Below are positions 48,323 to 58,470 of a DNA stretch of 64,000 nt, piece by piece. A model generated the notes under the pieces. The model ran no database searches. It was not told where the DNA came from and was given only the letters and a program-made list of their open reading frames with translations. Within the stretch, counting starts at the first letter, position 1; each line of letters starts with the position of its first letter. Source of the DNA: Nitrososphaerota archaeon (GTDB taxonomy: Archaea > Thermoproteota > Nitrososphaeria_A > Caldarchaeales > Calditenuaceae); the NCBI GenBank assembly GCA_041641295.1, contig JBEPYO010000001.1, forward strand, positions 1,280,001 through 1,344,000. The letters are read 5' to 3'. A program made the translations under genes and the position numbers.

Positions 48323-48783
48323 CTCTTAGCTACTGACTTGATAGCGTTTATGATTGGAATATAGCCTGTACATCTGCAGAGGTTGCCCGCCAGTGCGTCA
48401 AACAACTCCTCGTCAGAGGGGGTCGGGTTCTTTTCGAGGAGAACTTTGGCCGTCAAGATCATTCCGGGAGTGCAATATCCACACTGCGCCGCATCGTTCT
48501 CGAGGAAGGCTTTCTGTATTTCACTCAATTCACCGTCGCGAGCCAAGCCAGCCACGGTTGTGACTTCCTTCCCGTCAACATAGCCGGCAAGTGTAAGGCA
48601 TGAATACCTGAGCCTCCCGTTGATCAAGACCATGCACGCGCCGCACGACCCTTCCCCGCATCCGAAATTCACAGAACCCACACCTATCTTGTCCTTCAAT
48701 ACTTTCAGGAGAGTGTCTGTATGCTTTACGTCAACCTCGACGTCTTGACCATCAAGTTTGAATCTTATTCTCAATTCAATCAC
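48319..48783 (-). CDS. 2Fe-2S subunit (CoxS-like)
   Basis: CGEGSCGAC, QCGYCTPG, NLCRCTGY. Confidence 0.93.
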   Translation of the reverse strand: MIELRIRFKLDGQDVEVDVKHTDTLLKVLKDKIGVGSVNFGCGEGSCGACMVLINGRLRYSCLTLAGYVDGKEVTTVAGLARDGELSEIQKAFLENDAAQCGYCTPGMILTAKVLLEKNPTPSDEELFDALAGNLCRCTGYIPIINAIKSVAKR

Positions 48784-49667
48784 CCCCGAGAGATGAAGTC
48801 ATATAAAATCCTTTTGAAAAGGACTTGTGCAAGCTCCCTCCTATACCATGAGGACGCCAGAGCATCGTCGATTACCTCCACTCCATCGGTTAACTGTTGA
48901 GCCGCCCCGTCTATAAGCTGCTCTGTTAACTTCTTGCCCGTAAACATTTTTTCGACCTTCTTAGCGCGGTATGGATGTGTTGTCAGGCCCCCTAGTGCCA
49001 CCATTGCTCTGCGCGCTTTGCCATTCCTGTCCAAATCAAGGCTAACAGAGACAGAAGCTATTGTTGGCCCGCTATACTTCCAAGGAGTCTGCTTCAGGAA
49101 TGCGGAATGCTTTGGCGGCTTGTTAATCTTGACCGCTGTCAGTATCTCATCTGGTCTGATGTTGAACTGTAGCGGGCCTTTGTAGAACTTGGATAGTGGC
49201 ACACTTCGCACACCGCCGCCCCCTCTCAGAATGAGTATCGCGTCAAGGGCTAGGAGGGCAGTTGCTATGTCTCCTGCGGGTGCAGGTGTGAAGATGTTGC
49301 CGCCAACAGTGGCCATGTCTTTGAGTGCAAGACCGTGTATACTTTCTGCAGCTCTCTTCAATGCATCCGGGAGACCTCTGCTCCGAATTAGCCTCGCGAT
49401 AGGGGTTGTGGCGCCTATCTCGATACTGTTCGCCCGAATTTTCACATAGTTGAGGGGGACTTTCTCAAGAGATATTATGGCTTGAGGCTCAATTATCATT
49501 TTGCTAATTAGCTGTACGGCGGCTGTTCCACCGGCCACGACTAGTGCCTTATCCCTGAGCTTTCTCTTAAGCGACACGACCTCTTGCACGTTTGCAGGCG
49601 TAAGATAGCCACTCGCAATTAGACTCATATCATCAAACGCCTCGCATCTCAAAAAAATAGCTAACAT
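48780..49667 (-). CDS. FAD-binding subunit (CoxM-like)
   Basis: AGGT, IGA, ATVGGN, ASSWYRR; true start probably near MSLIA. Confidence 0.9.
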   Translation of the reverse strand: MLAIFLRCEAFDDMSLIASGYLTPANVQEVVSLKRKLRDKALVVAGGTAAVQLISKMIIEPQAIISLEKVPLNYVKIRANSIEIGATTPIARLIRSRGLPDALKRAAESIHGLALKDMATVGGNIFTPAPAGDIATALLALDAILILRGGGGVRSVPLSKFYKGPLQFNIRPDEILTAVKINKPPKHSAFLKQTPWKYSGPTIASVSVSLDLDRNGKARRAMVALGGLTTHPYRAKKVEKMFTGKKLTEQLIDGAAQQLTDGVEVIDDALASSWYRRELAQVLFKRILYDFISRG

Positions 49668-49807
49668 TTAAGCATTCTGACAGCCTATCACAGATACCGC
49701 GTTGAATAAACCGAGTAACCCCTCTATCTGCATTGTAGAAATACTCCTATGAGGGCGATTCACATATCCCGTTAAACCAATTGGCAACGATTGAGTTTTC
49801 GAAAGAG

Positions 49808-49879
49808 TGGACCGGGCGGGATTCGAACCCGCGACCTCCCGGGTGCAAACCGGGTGATCTACCGCTGATCTACCGGCCC
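49808..49879 (-). tRNA. tRNA-Ala(UGC), intronless, CCA not encoded
   Basis: GGGCCGG..TT-TGC-AC..GGTTCGAATCC..CCGGTCC-A; G3:U70 alanine identity pair. Confidence 0.97.
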
Positions 49880-49938
49880 CTATACTCAAGCTTGGCTCGA
49901 GGAAAATATAAAGTGTGGATGTGGGTGTGGGTGATTGG

Positions 49939-50235
49939 ATGAGGGCAGTGGCTGTGGGTGGCAAGCTTTTCGTCGCTTCGTTCCGTATTGCGGGGATGGG
50001 TGGTGTGGTTGTGGAGGATGGGCGTGAGGCTCTAAGGGTCATTCAGGAACTCTCTAGGGACCCTGATGTCGGCTTGATACTTGTGAGCGACGAGTTTGGG
50101 CCCGAGTTTGCCAGCAGGGTCGGGCAGCTCAGCTCTACCCTTCCAAAACCAGTGGTCTATCTCCTCCCGAAACCGGGTGAAAAGCCCTCCGAGGTAGACT
50201 ACAGGGCGATGCTTAGGAGGATACTAGGTATTTAA
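49939..50235 (+). CDS. atpF: A/V-type ATP synthase subunit F
   Basis: FRIAG, DVGLILVS, YRAMLRRILGI; directly upstream of subunits E and A. Confidence 0.85.
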   Translation: MRAVAVGGKLFVASFRIAGMGGVVVEDGREALRVIQELSRDPDVGLILVSDEFGPEFASRVGQLSSTLPKPVVYLLPKPGEKPSEVDYRAMLRRILGI

Positions 50236-50262
50236 CGTGGCGGGCTGAGCGGTTGATGGGTT

Positions 50263-50871
50263 ATGCCCCCGATGAAGCTTGAGGATGTTTTGAAGAGTGT
50301 CGTTGAGGACGCCCTGGTAGAGTTTAGGGCGAAGATCCGGGAGATTGAGGAGGAGGGTCTGAGGCGGCTTAGGGAAGGTGCTGATGAGCTGGGAAGACAG
50401 GCCGCCGCCGCTTCGCAGGCTATTCAGAGAGAGTCCACCGCATTGAGAATGAGGCTTGTCAGCCAAGCCATGCTTGAGGCTAGACGCGAATACTTAGAAT
50501 CGGTTGAAAAATGCGTCGATACAATCATCAAGGAGGCCCTAGACCGTATACCCTCCCTGAAGAAGAGCGGGGAGTATCGCCAGGCCCTCAGCGCTCTTCT
50601 GAGGGAGGCCTTAGAGGTTGTTGGGAGTGATGAAGTAGTGGTCGAGTGTTCGAGAGAGGATCAGCGGCAGGTACGTGAGCTTGCGGGAGAGCTGGGAAAG
50701 GAACTTGGTGTAAAGATTAGGTTATCGGAGAATTCACTTGACAGTGTGGGTGGGGTTAGAGTGATTAGAAGTGATGGCTCCATGATTTATGATAATACTG
50801 TCGAGGCTAGGCTTGAGAGGATGCGTGAGGAAATTCGTAGGGAAATAATCAAGCGGCTCCTCGCCTCCTGA
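50263..50871 (+). CDS. atpE: A/V-type ATP synthase subunit E
   Basis: Long helical N-terminus, GGV..DG...DNTVEARL. Confidence 0.88.
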   Translation: MPPMKLEDVLKSVVEDALVEFRAKIREIEEEGLRRLREGADELGRQAAAASQAIQRESTALRMRLVSQAMLEARREYLESVEKCVDTIIKEALDRIPSLKKSGEYRQALSALLREALEVVGSDEVVVECSREDQRQVRELAGELGKELGVKIRLSENSLDSVGGVRVIRSDGSMIYDNTVEARLERMREEIRREIIKRLLAS

Positions 50872-50917
50872 AGATAGTCAAAGTTTTTTAGCTGGATATG
50901 TGCTGAAACCATTAGTT

Positions 50918-52690
50918 ATGCCTGTTAAGGGAAAGATCCTCTGGATATCTGGTCCGACGGTTAAGGCTGGAGGAATGACGGGAGCTAAGATGTACGAGAT
51001 GGTATATGTCGGTGAGGAGAAGCTTGTCGGCGAGGTCATCAGACTCAGCGGGGACAATGCCTACGTGCAGGTATATGAGAACACTTCGGGATTAGCCCCC
51101 GAAGAGCCCGTCATAGGTACGGGCGGCCCCCTCTCCGTCACCCTCGGGCCCGGCGTAATAGGTAGCATCTATGATGGTGTTCAGAGGCCGCTTGACAGGA
51201 TAGCTCAGCAGGTCGGCGCCTTTGTGAAGAGGGGTGTATCGGTTCCGAGCATCCCGCTGGATAAGAAGTGGAGGTTCAAGCCCCTGGTCAAGGTGGGGGC
51301 ACGGGCTGAGCCTGGGACCGTGATAGGTGAGGTTGAGGAGACACCTCTAATCAAGACGTACATCATGATTCCGCCAGACGTTAAGCCGGGAACGATAAAG
51401 TATGTTGCACCGGAAGGTGAGTACACGGTGCAGGAGACTGTGGCCGAGATAGAGGGCAAGGAGGGCAAAGTAGCTGTATCAATGATGCATAGGTGGCCCG
51501 TGAGGAGTCCACGCCCAATAAAGAGGAGGCTTGACCCTGTCGTCCCCCTGATAACTGGTCAACGCGTCCTAGACATTCTCTTCCCAATGGCCAAGGGTGG
51601 GACAGGCTGTATACCCGGAGCTTTTGGGACTGGGAAGACGGTCACGCTACATCAGCTGGCTAAGTGGAGCGATGCGAAGGTTATACTCCACATAGGGTGT
51701 GGTGAGCGTGGGAATGAGGAGGCTGAGGTCCTGAAGGAGTTTCCGCATCTGACAGACCCTCACACCGGCAGACCCCTCATGGAGAGGACTGTGCTGATAG
51801 CTAACACTAGCAATATGCCAGTCTCGGCTAGAGAGGCCAGCATCTACACTGGTGCAGCATTGGCAGAGTATTATAGGGATATGGGGTATGATGTCCTGCT
51901 TGTGGCCGATTCGACGAGCCGGTGGGCTGAGGCTCTGAGGGAGATTAGCGGGCGGTTGGAGGAGATGCCAGCCGAGGAGGGTTATCCAAGCTATCTAGCA
52001 AGCAGGCTTGCGGAGTTCTATGAGAGGGCCGGACGAGTAGAGGTCCTCGGAGAACCCAGCAGGGTTGGAAGCCTCACAATCGTGGGGGCTGTCTCACCCC
52101 CCGGCGGAGACTTCACAGAACCGGTCACTACACATACGCTCAGGTTTGTCAGGGTCTTTTGGGCGCTCGACCCCAACCTAGCATATACACGGCACTATCC
52201 GGCCATAAACTGGATAATGAGCTACTCCGCATACGTAGACACCGTGGCGGAGTGGTGGAGCAAGATAGGCGGAGACTGGTATGAGGCGAGGGCCAAGCTA
52301 TACAGTATCCTGAGGAGGGAGGAGGAGTTGCTAGAGCTTGTGAGGCTACTGGGCCCCGAAGCACTCGCGGATGAAGAGAACCTGATCCTAGATGTTGCAA
52401 GGATGATCAGGGAGGGATTCCTACAGCAGAGCGCCTACGATGAGGTGGACTCCTACTGTAACCCGCAGAAGCAGTTTAAGATGCTCAAAATGTTTGTAAA
52501 CTTCTATGAGCAGGCACTCGCAGCCATAGGCAGGGGGGTGAAAATCGAGGACATAAGAGCGCTCAAGGTCATTACAAAGATGCTGAGGGCGAAATACATG
52601 ATAAGAAACGAGGAGCTCGATAAGTTCGACGAGCTGGAGGCCGAAATAAGGTCGGAGATTGAGGCGTTAAAGGCCGAAGTCCCTGCGTGA
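50918..52690 (+). CDS. atpA: A/V-type ATP synthase subunit A, no intein
   Basis: [34 protein letters not shown]. Confidence 0.97.
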   Translation: MPVKGKILWISGPTVKAGGMTGAKMYEMVYVGEEKLVGEVIRLSGDNAYVQVYENTSGLAPEEPVIGTGGPLSVTLGPGVIGSIYDGVQRPLDRIAQQVGAFVKRGVSVPSIPLDKKWRFKPLVKVGARAEPGTVIGEVEETPLIKTYIMIPPDVKPGTIKYVAPEGEYTVQETVAEIEGKEGKVAVSMMHRWPVRSPRPIKRRLDPVVPLITGQRVLDILFPMAKGGTGCIPGAFGTGKTVTLHQLAKWSDAKVILHIGCGERGNEEAEVLKEFPHLTDPHTGRPLMERTVLIANTSNMPVSAREASIYTGAALAEYYRDMGYDVLLVADSTSRWAEALREISGRLEEMPAEEGYPSYLASRLAEFYERAGRVEVLGEPSRVGSLTIVGAVSPPGGDFTEPVTTHTLRFVRVFWALDPNLAYTRHYPAINWIMSYSAYVDTVAEWWSKIGGDWYEARAKLYSILRREEELLELVRLLGPEALADEENLILDVARMIREGFLQQSAYDEVDSYCNPQKQFKMLKMFVNFYEQALAAIGRGVKIEDIRALKVITKMLRAKYMIRNEELDKFDELEAEIRSEIEALKAEVPA

Positions 52691-52695
52691 AGAAA

Positions 52696-53283
52696 TTATC
52701 TGAGCCGTAAAAGGTCCTTCGATGCTATCAAAACCTCAGTCGCCTTAACTATTGCCAAGACCTCTCCACCTTCGCGGATGTTCAGCCTATCAACACTCTG
52801 TGTCGTAACTATTGCCCTCAGAGGCTGTCCCGGCTCCAGCTCCATTTCAACCATACTCAATATCTCGCCCCTCTGAACATACTTTACTCTGCATCTTAAG
52901 ATGTTCCGCGCACTCAGAAAGCTTTCTATGAAGGTGGTAATGAAGCCCGGCCTAGTAACCGTCCTAGCTGAATAATAGCTCTCAAGCAGTCTGTAAGCAT
53001 GCTCAGTTAACGCGCTTCCACCCCCACCCCTGCCACCCCTCCTAACCTCCACGAGTTTTACTCCGAGTCGAGACTCAAGAAAGCGAATCCATTTCAAACC
53101 AGTCTTGAGCGTCACGCCAACCTCGCGGCATGCCTTGCTCAGACTTCCATACCTCCTCACACTATCCAGTAGCTCAAAGTAAGGTATACCCACGCTTATG
53201 TAACTGTCCCCGTCAACCTTCAAAACCACCTTGCCCTCACGAACTTCGGTTACCGACATGTATCGTTGAGTAATATGCTGCAT
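52696..53283 (-). CDS. ModE-like molybdate/tungstate regulator (wHTH + TOBE)
   Basis: GSLSKA, RGGRGGGGSALT, SARN and AIVKAT TOBE motifs; start may be at 53259. Confidence 0.88.
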   Translation of the reverse strand: MQHITQRYMSVTEVREGKVVLKVDGDSYISVGIPYFELLDSVRRYGSLSKACREVGVTLKTGLKWIRFLESRLGVKLVEVRRGGRGGGGSALTEHAYRLLESYYSARTVTRPGFITTFIESFLSARNILRCRVKYVQRGEILSMVEMELEPGQPLRAIVTTQSVDRLNIREGGEVLAIVKATEVLIASKDLLRLR

Positions 53284-53316
53284 ATATTTAAATAGTTTAT
53301 AAGGCTGTTAAGCCAT

Positions 53317-54186
53317 GTGTTAAGTAAATTTACCCTACTGTCAATAATTGCGGCGGTTATCATGACCTTAGCCGCCGCGGCATTTCTTACCTTAAACACG
53401 TTAGGGGGGAGGGGTGTCGTCGTCTTTGCGGCACCTACCTTGATGGGGGTTGCTAGGGGGGCCGCGGACCTATATGGCTCTGGCTCAGTTGATGTGCGAT
53501 CGATAGGTAGTGTGATGGGGGTCAGGTTGATTCAGGCCGGTAATGTGCCGGATGTCTTCCTTAGTGTAGACTGGGAGCTCTTGAAGTTTATTCAGCCCCG
53601 CAGAGTCCTCGATCTGGGACACTTCAGACTACTACTCGTCTGCAGAGATAACTACACCCTAGCCGACCTAGGACATGTCAAGCTAGGCATAGCTAACCCC
53701 AACCTCGCACCCATAGGATACAGATCCCTAGCTGCAATTTACTGGCTCGGCACTAAATACAAATCGCTCACGCTTGACGAGGTAAGCCTTAGTCTTAACA
53801 TAACTTATATTCACAACTCTTCCGACCAAAGTGTCTGGATCTATGCCCGCAACTTCGAGGCAAATGGGCGGTTTACAGCGCGGGACGATCTAGCAGGCGT
53901 GGCCGCGTTGCTGGAGGGCGGGGCTGTTGACTGCATATTCGCCCACTCACCCTTTATAGTTGCGAGGGGTTATGCCGGTCGTTTCAAGATAATCGAGATG
54001 CCAGAAGAGATAACATTTCTCCAAGACCCTCCAATAAAGTTCATAGCAGTAACTGAGTCCGGCCCCATAGAGGTTAAGGCGTTCCGCGCATTCGCTGTCT
54101 CATTCACGCCTGCGGGAGATGACTTTCTAGATAAGATGGAGCAGATAGATTTGGAGAAGTATGGTCTGTGGAGGGGCCGTGGATAG
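53317..54186 (+). CDS. Molybdate/tungstate ABC substrate-binding protein (ModA/WtpA-like)
   Basis: N-terminal TM, GSV, PDVFLSVD, NPNLAPIGYR; divergent from the ModE-like gene. Confidence 0.78.
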   Translation: MLSKFTLLSIIAAVIMTLAAAAFLTLNTLGGRGVVVFAAPTLMGVARGAADLYGSGSVDVRSIGSVMGVRLIQAGNVPDVFLSVDWELLKFIQPRRVLDLGHFRLLLVCRDNYTLADLGHVKLGIANPNLAPIGYRSLAAIYWLGTKYKSLTLDEVSLSLNITYIHNSSDQSVWIYARNFEANGRFTARDDLAGVAALLEGGAVDCIFAHSPFIVARGYAGRFKIIEMPEEITFLQDPPIKFIAVTESGPIEVKAFRAFAVSFTPAGDDFLDKMEQIDLEKYGLWRGRG

Positions 54187-54877
54187 AATACTTCTCCTCG
54201 CAGTTGCAGTCTCAATGGCATATTTTATACTACTGTCGTTACCGGCCGTTATAGTGTTTGGCGCCACCCCTTCGCCCAGTTTCTTCTGGATCGTCGCATC
54301 CACAGCGACGTACGCGACAGTATCCTCACTCATAGTCCTCCCTATATCCTTCATACTAGGTTTCGCCCTAGCGTTCAGAGCCTCAGGCAGCTATATAATG
54401 CCACTCATACTATTCTCAACCGCCATTCCACACACTGCCCTCGGCGTACTACTCGCTCCGACAGTCTTCAGCCTCAAGATTACAGACACTGCCGCCGCAG
54501 TTGTTCTGGGAATGTTTGTTGTATCGCTGCCCATCGGGGTTGGAGTTATGAGGGCATCATTTGCAGCTCAGGGGGTTGAGTTAGAGGAGTTTTTGCGGAG
54601 TATGGGTGTGAGGGGTGTGAGGCTGCAGTGGTTCTACCTCAGAGCATCCCCTACAAGTGTCATTCTCGCGGCCCTCTTATCATGGTTTAGAGCCTTCTCT
54701 GAGCTGGGCGTCTTCCTCATAGTGGCGCAGAGGCCCCAGACGGTGGGTATATACATCTTCGAGGAGTTTCTCAAAAACGGGCCTACAGCGGTCGTCTCCG
54801 CTTCACTAGTGCTCTTAGCGGTCGCTATAGTGCTGACTTTAGTTGCGGTGATGCTGGAGCGTGCTCGAAATCCGTAA
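54161..54877 (+). CDS. Molybdate/tungstate ABC permease
   Basis: IPHTALG, WFRAFSELG. Confidence 0.8.
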   Translation: MVCGGAVDRILLLAVAVSMAYFILLSLPAVIVFGATPSPSFFWIVASTATYATVSSLIVLPISFILGFALAFRASGSYIMPLILFSTAIPHTALGVLLAPTVFSLKITDTAAAVVLGMFVVSLPIGVGVMRASFAAQGVELEEFLRSMGVRGVRLQWFYLRASPTSVILAALLSWFRAFSELGVFLIVAQRPQTVGIYIFEEFLKNGPTAVVSASLVLLAVAIVLTLVAVMLERARNP

Positions 54878-55526
54878 CCTAGTCATAGTCAGGGGGAGTT
54901 GGAGGCTAGAAATCGAGCTACTGAGAGTGAGGTCTAAGACTGTATTGCTAGGGAGGAATGGTGCCGGAAAATCAACCCTGCTTAAGGCCATCATGGGTTT
55001 AATCAGGCCGGCTGAGGGGAAAATAGTCGTCAACGGTAGGGACATCTCAGACCTTGCAGTTGAGGACAGGCCTCTGGGCTACATCCCCCAGGGAGTAGTT
55101 AGGCTGGCCATGACTCCCCGCGACCAGCTAGAATACTTCTCCAAGCTACACGGCACTGATTATAAGCCACTCATCTCCAAGCTGGGGCTCGAGGACCTCC
55201 TAAGGAAGAGGAATCTGTCGGTCGGCGAGTCGCAACTGCTCGCCATCGCGACCGTCCTACTGAAGAATCCAGAAGCCCTCCTAATGGATGAGCCTTGCGC
55301 AAATCTGGACTGGCTCAACAAGAAGCTCGTCCTTAACTTGGTCAAAAGCCTTGAGACCCCAATACTCTATGTTACTCACGACCCGCTTGAGGCTCTCCTC
55401 ATCGCGGATGAGATAGCATTACTCGAGGACGGCAGACTTAGGGGAGTGTATCCAAACGAGTGGAGAGAGAAGGTCCGGAGAGACTTCGAGCTATACGACC
55501 TCTACGAGAGGCTGAAAACCAGATAA
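54861..55526 (+). CDS. Molybdate/tungstate ABC ATP-binding protein
   Basis: GRNGAGKST, LSVGE, LMDEP, YVTHD. Confidence 0.85.
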   Translation: MLEIRNLVIVRGSWRLEIELLRVRSKTVLLGRNGAGKSTLLKAIMGLIRPAEGKIVVNGRDISDLAVEDRPLGYIPQGVVRLAMTPRDQLEYFSKLHGTDYKPLISKLGLEDLLRKRNLSVGESQLLAIATVLLKNPEALLMDEPCANLDWLNKKLVLNLVKSLETPILYVTHDPLEALLIADEIALLEDGRLRGVYPNEWREKVRRDFELYDLYERLKTR

Positions 55527-55605
55527 TCGTGGGCAGGGGCCCTATAGGTGGCTGGCAAAACCCCTCTGCTTAAATATAGGAGAGCTTACCTATTGTTGAT
55601 GCCAA

Positions 55606-55971
55606 GTGATACCTTGGGATAAACGCGACTTCAAGAGGCTCTTCCCAGCCCTATCTGATGAGCTCGAACAATCTAGCACAAGCTTGGAAGACTCTATTAC
55701 AGAGACGGAAGAGGAGCCGCTCAGAGGATTCATGCCTGGTCCAGAAGACTACTTGATGAGGTGTGCAACAGAGGAAGAGGCAATCCAGGTCATAGAGTTT
55801 CTGAGACAGAGGAGGGAGATCAGTGAGGAGGAGTCGGAGAGGCTGAAGAAGCAGGTCTACGAGAAAGGCGTGAGGAGTTTTGGGCCTCTAAGAGAGGAGG
55901 GCTACTATCTAAGGACATATCACAGGAAGCGCCACCACAAGGCTCCCAGCGATGGGGCTGTTAGGGAGTGA
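55606..55971 (+). CDS. DUF2095-like archaeal protein
   Basis: FKRLFPAL..EL, P..EDYLMRC.TEEEA, GVRSFG..RE.GYY. Confidence 0.75.
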   Translation: MIPWDKRDFKRLFPALSDELEQSSTSLEDSITETEEEPLRGFMPGPEDYLMRCATEEEAIQVIEFLRQRREISEEESERLKKQVYEKGVRSFGPLREEGYYLRTYHRKRHHKAPSDGAVRE

Positions 55972-55975
55972 GCCC

Positions 55976-56593
55976 TTAGGATTGGGGCTGCCCGGCCGCT
56001 AGTCCCTCACTTGCGGCTGCGAATTGGGGCTTCGCAAGAACCTTCGTCTTAACCACTCCTACATGTCGGGGGAGTAGAATCTTCTTGACGGCGTTGTAGA
56101 TGTCTGAAGCGGTTTTACCCAGCACAATCTCTTGGGCGAACTGTCCTAGCTCAAGCTTTTTAGCCGATGCCTCAACCACCTCCCTCATAATGTGCCTAAT
56201 CGAAGTCTTCTTTCCAGACCTTACCCTGTTATGGGTAAATACAGTACACTGGACCCTCAGCCTATACCCATCCCTCGTCTCAACGTTATAGAAGCCATCA
56301 ATCTTGCTCGTACCGCGCCTCACGAGGCTCCTGAGAAACTCTCTATCGTACTCGTGCCCGTAAAAGATTGTCTCCGCAACGTTCCCATTGACGTTCACGA
56401 TCTGAAACTTAACTAGGATGTACTGTTTGGTCGGGTCGTCTGTCAGGGTGTAGAGGCTGATCTTAACTGTCCTGTTCAGCAGCTTTGCAGGGTCATCACT
56501 CATAGTTACTCCTATTACCCTCTCAGCGAAGTATGGGGGCGCCTTAATCACGTACTCAGCCTTCTCCCCCTTCTTCGCAGCCTTTGACGACAT
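55976..56593 (-). CDS. rps3ae: 30S ribosomal protein S3Ae (eS1)
   Basis: APPYF, LRSLVRRGTSKID, IR.IM. Confidence 0.95.
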   Translation of the reverse strand: MSSKAAKKGEKAEYVIKAPPYFAERVIGVTMSDDPAKLLNRTVKISLYTLTDDPTKQYILVKFQIVNVNGNVAETIFYGHEYDREFLRSLVRRGTSKIDGFYNVETRDGYRLRVQCTVFTHNRVRSGKKTSIRHIMREVVEASAKKLELGQFAQEIVLGKTASDIYNAVKKILLPRHVGVVKTKVLAKPQFAAASEGLAAGQPQS

Positions 56594-56659
56594 CTCTGCT
56601 CTTCACTGTTTAGCTCCTAATCAATATTTTAAGGCTAACGCAGGCGCCGGGGCTCCCAC

Positions 56660-56920
56660 TCACCGCCCCTCTCCTCTCTTCTCACAAATGATGGGTTCCA
56701 CAAGTAGGAGTGCCTGTAGAATGTCGTCTAATGTAGAGAGGAGGGTTTGTAGAGGTCTCTCTCTGCATGCCACTTTATAAACCAGCTCCTCACCCCTTCT
56801 TTCCACGCTTAGGCTGAGGTATGGGGGTAGGGGGTTATTGTCTGGGGCGAGTGACCGCTCAGCCATCTCTGCCTCAGCTTGGCTGCAAAACCTTACAACG
56901 AGAACGGCCTCGTGTCTCAT
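56660..56920 (-). CDS. KEOPS Pcc1-like subunit
   Basis: SLAPDN and STLDDIL motifs; conserved DHH-pcc1-rps3ae context. Confidence 0.8.
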   Translation of the reverse strand: MRHEAVLVVRFCSQAEAEMAERSLAPDNNPLPPYLSLSVERRGEELVYKVACRERPLQTLLSTLDDILQALLLVEPIICEKRGEGR

Positions 56921-58377
56921 GACTCGTCATCTAGCGTTATCTGAGTCTTCACTTGGGAGAGGGCCTCGCCGATGAGTCTGTCAACCTCAAGCAGAAAGAG
57001 TGTAAGCCTCTCTGCAGGAATCTCGGCCCCGGCCGCTATCCTGTGGCCACCGCCCCGCCCAGAAAACTTTGAGGCGGCCTCCCTCATCACTACACCCAAG
57101 TTCACGCCTAGAGAGACTAGTTTGGGGGAGGCTCGGGCTGAGACTTTGACGATTCCGCCTTCTTGGCCTAGGACTATTAGGGGTTTATCGGCGGGTATGA
57201 GCTTTGAGGAGGATAGGATTGAGGCCACAGAGCTTACCTGTCTGACGTCTATCTCCGGCCCTACGCGGAGAACCACTATGTGATACATCTGTTCCAGATT
57301 TTTTGATGCAAAGTCAAGGCTCTTCTTCAGCATTGCCCTGTACTGCTCTACTACTCTCTGAGCCTCTTTGAGGACCCAGCCCCTATAACCCATGGCAACT
57401 GCTACTCCAAGCCAAGAATTGTTCGTCTTGCCACAGGCATTTAGAAGCTGTGAATATTCCCTAGCGTCCCTGAGACCGGAGGAGGCGCTCTCGTTCACTA
57501 GCTCATAAACAGTCCCAATCAAGTCTCTAACCGGCTCTGTGGGCTGATTATTCTTCACGAGATAGGAGACTATAGCGTTGTAGAGCTTGCTCTTCTCCTC
57601 CTCAGATAGGTCGGCGATTGTCCTCCACTTATCCCCATCCCTCACCTCTATTCCAGCCTCGATGAGAAGTGAGAGGCATGCCGCCTCGTCTCCGCTAAGG
57701 CCTGGTAGGTATGGGCTTTGAGTGCTGGCTAGGGCTTGGTGTATGGGCTTGGACTCTCTCCCATATAGTATGAAGTCTTCCCTGACCCTGAGTTGGGACC
57801 CATTTACCGCGTCTGAGACAATCTCCTCGTTTAATCCGACCAGCCTCCTCTTCTCCCCCTTGTCTTGAAGGTCTCCGAGACTCCCGACAACAGCCAGGGG
57901 GGCGTATCTCTGCGGATTAGGGACAATATTCCTCATTACGAAGTATGCGACACCCGCCGCGCTCACCTCAGATTCTCCGTCAATACCGAATAGGTGGGGG
58001 TTAACATGCTTCCACCTCTCCCCCACAGAAGTCTGGTCCGGCTGGTGGTGGTCAATTATAACAAGCTTCGCCTCACCGAAGATGCTTTTGAGCTCACCTA
58101 TACTGCCTCCACCCATGTCCACAAGTATGATCATTCTACCGTTGTGCTCGCCCATTACCTCAATAAACTCTTCAAGCCTGAAAACACTCCTAGCAATAAA
58201 CTTGGCTCCAATGTCTAGGAGCCCACCAGCCACAACTCCAATCGAGGATAATCCATCAGCATCGTTGTGGCCGGCGACGAGTATCTCCGCGCCGCGGCTA
58301 ACCTCATCTAGAATATAGTCCGCCGCCTCCTTACAGCTTGCATAGAACGCGGCTACGTCCCTTCTAGAGTCGTCCAT
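56917..58377 (-). CDS. DHH/DHHA1 phosphoesterase (archaeal RecJ-like)
   Basis: HNDADG, VDMG, IDHH, GDLQD, GGGHRIAAG. Confidence 0.9.
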   Translation of the reverse strand: MDDSRRDVAAFYASCKEAADYILDEVSRGAEILVAGHNDADGLSSIGVVAGGLLDIGAKFIARSVFRLEEFIEVMGEHNGRMIILVDMGGGSIGELKSIFGEAKLVIIDHHQPDQTSVGERWKHVNPHLFGIDGESEVSAAGVAYFVMRNIVPNPQRYAPLAVVGSLGDLQDKGEKRRLVGLNEEIVSDAVNGSQLRVREDFILYGRESKPIHQALASTQSPYLPGLSGDEAACLSLLIEAGIEVRDGDKWRTIADLSEEEKSKLYNAIVSYLVKNNQPTEPVRDLIGTVYELVNESASSGLRDAREYSQLLNACGKTNNSWLGVAVAMGYRGWVLKEAQRVVEQYRAMLKKSLDFASKNLEQMYHIVVLRVGPEIDVRQVSSVASILSSSKLIPADKPLIVLGQEGGIVKVSARASPKLVSLGVNLGVVMREAASKFSGRGGGHRIAAGAEIPAERLTLFLLEVDRLIGEALSQVKTQITLDDES

Positions 58378-58470
58378 AATTCAGCACCGTTTATTGTTGG
58401 CCGGCTAAGATAAGAGGATTACCCGCGTGTAACCTCTTTATTACGGCCTTGGAGTGGGTGTATTTGTGGC

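Noticed and set aside
37940-49830. Integrated element with an att duplication of the tRNA-Ala 3' end
   Set aside because: No second copy of the tRNA 3' end and no integrase gene was found in the window.
49668-50042. 124-aa minus-strand ORF
   Set aside because: It runs through tRNA-Ala and is antisense to atpF, so it is a shadow ORF.
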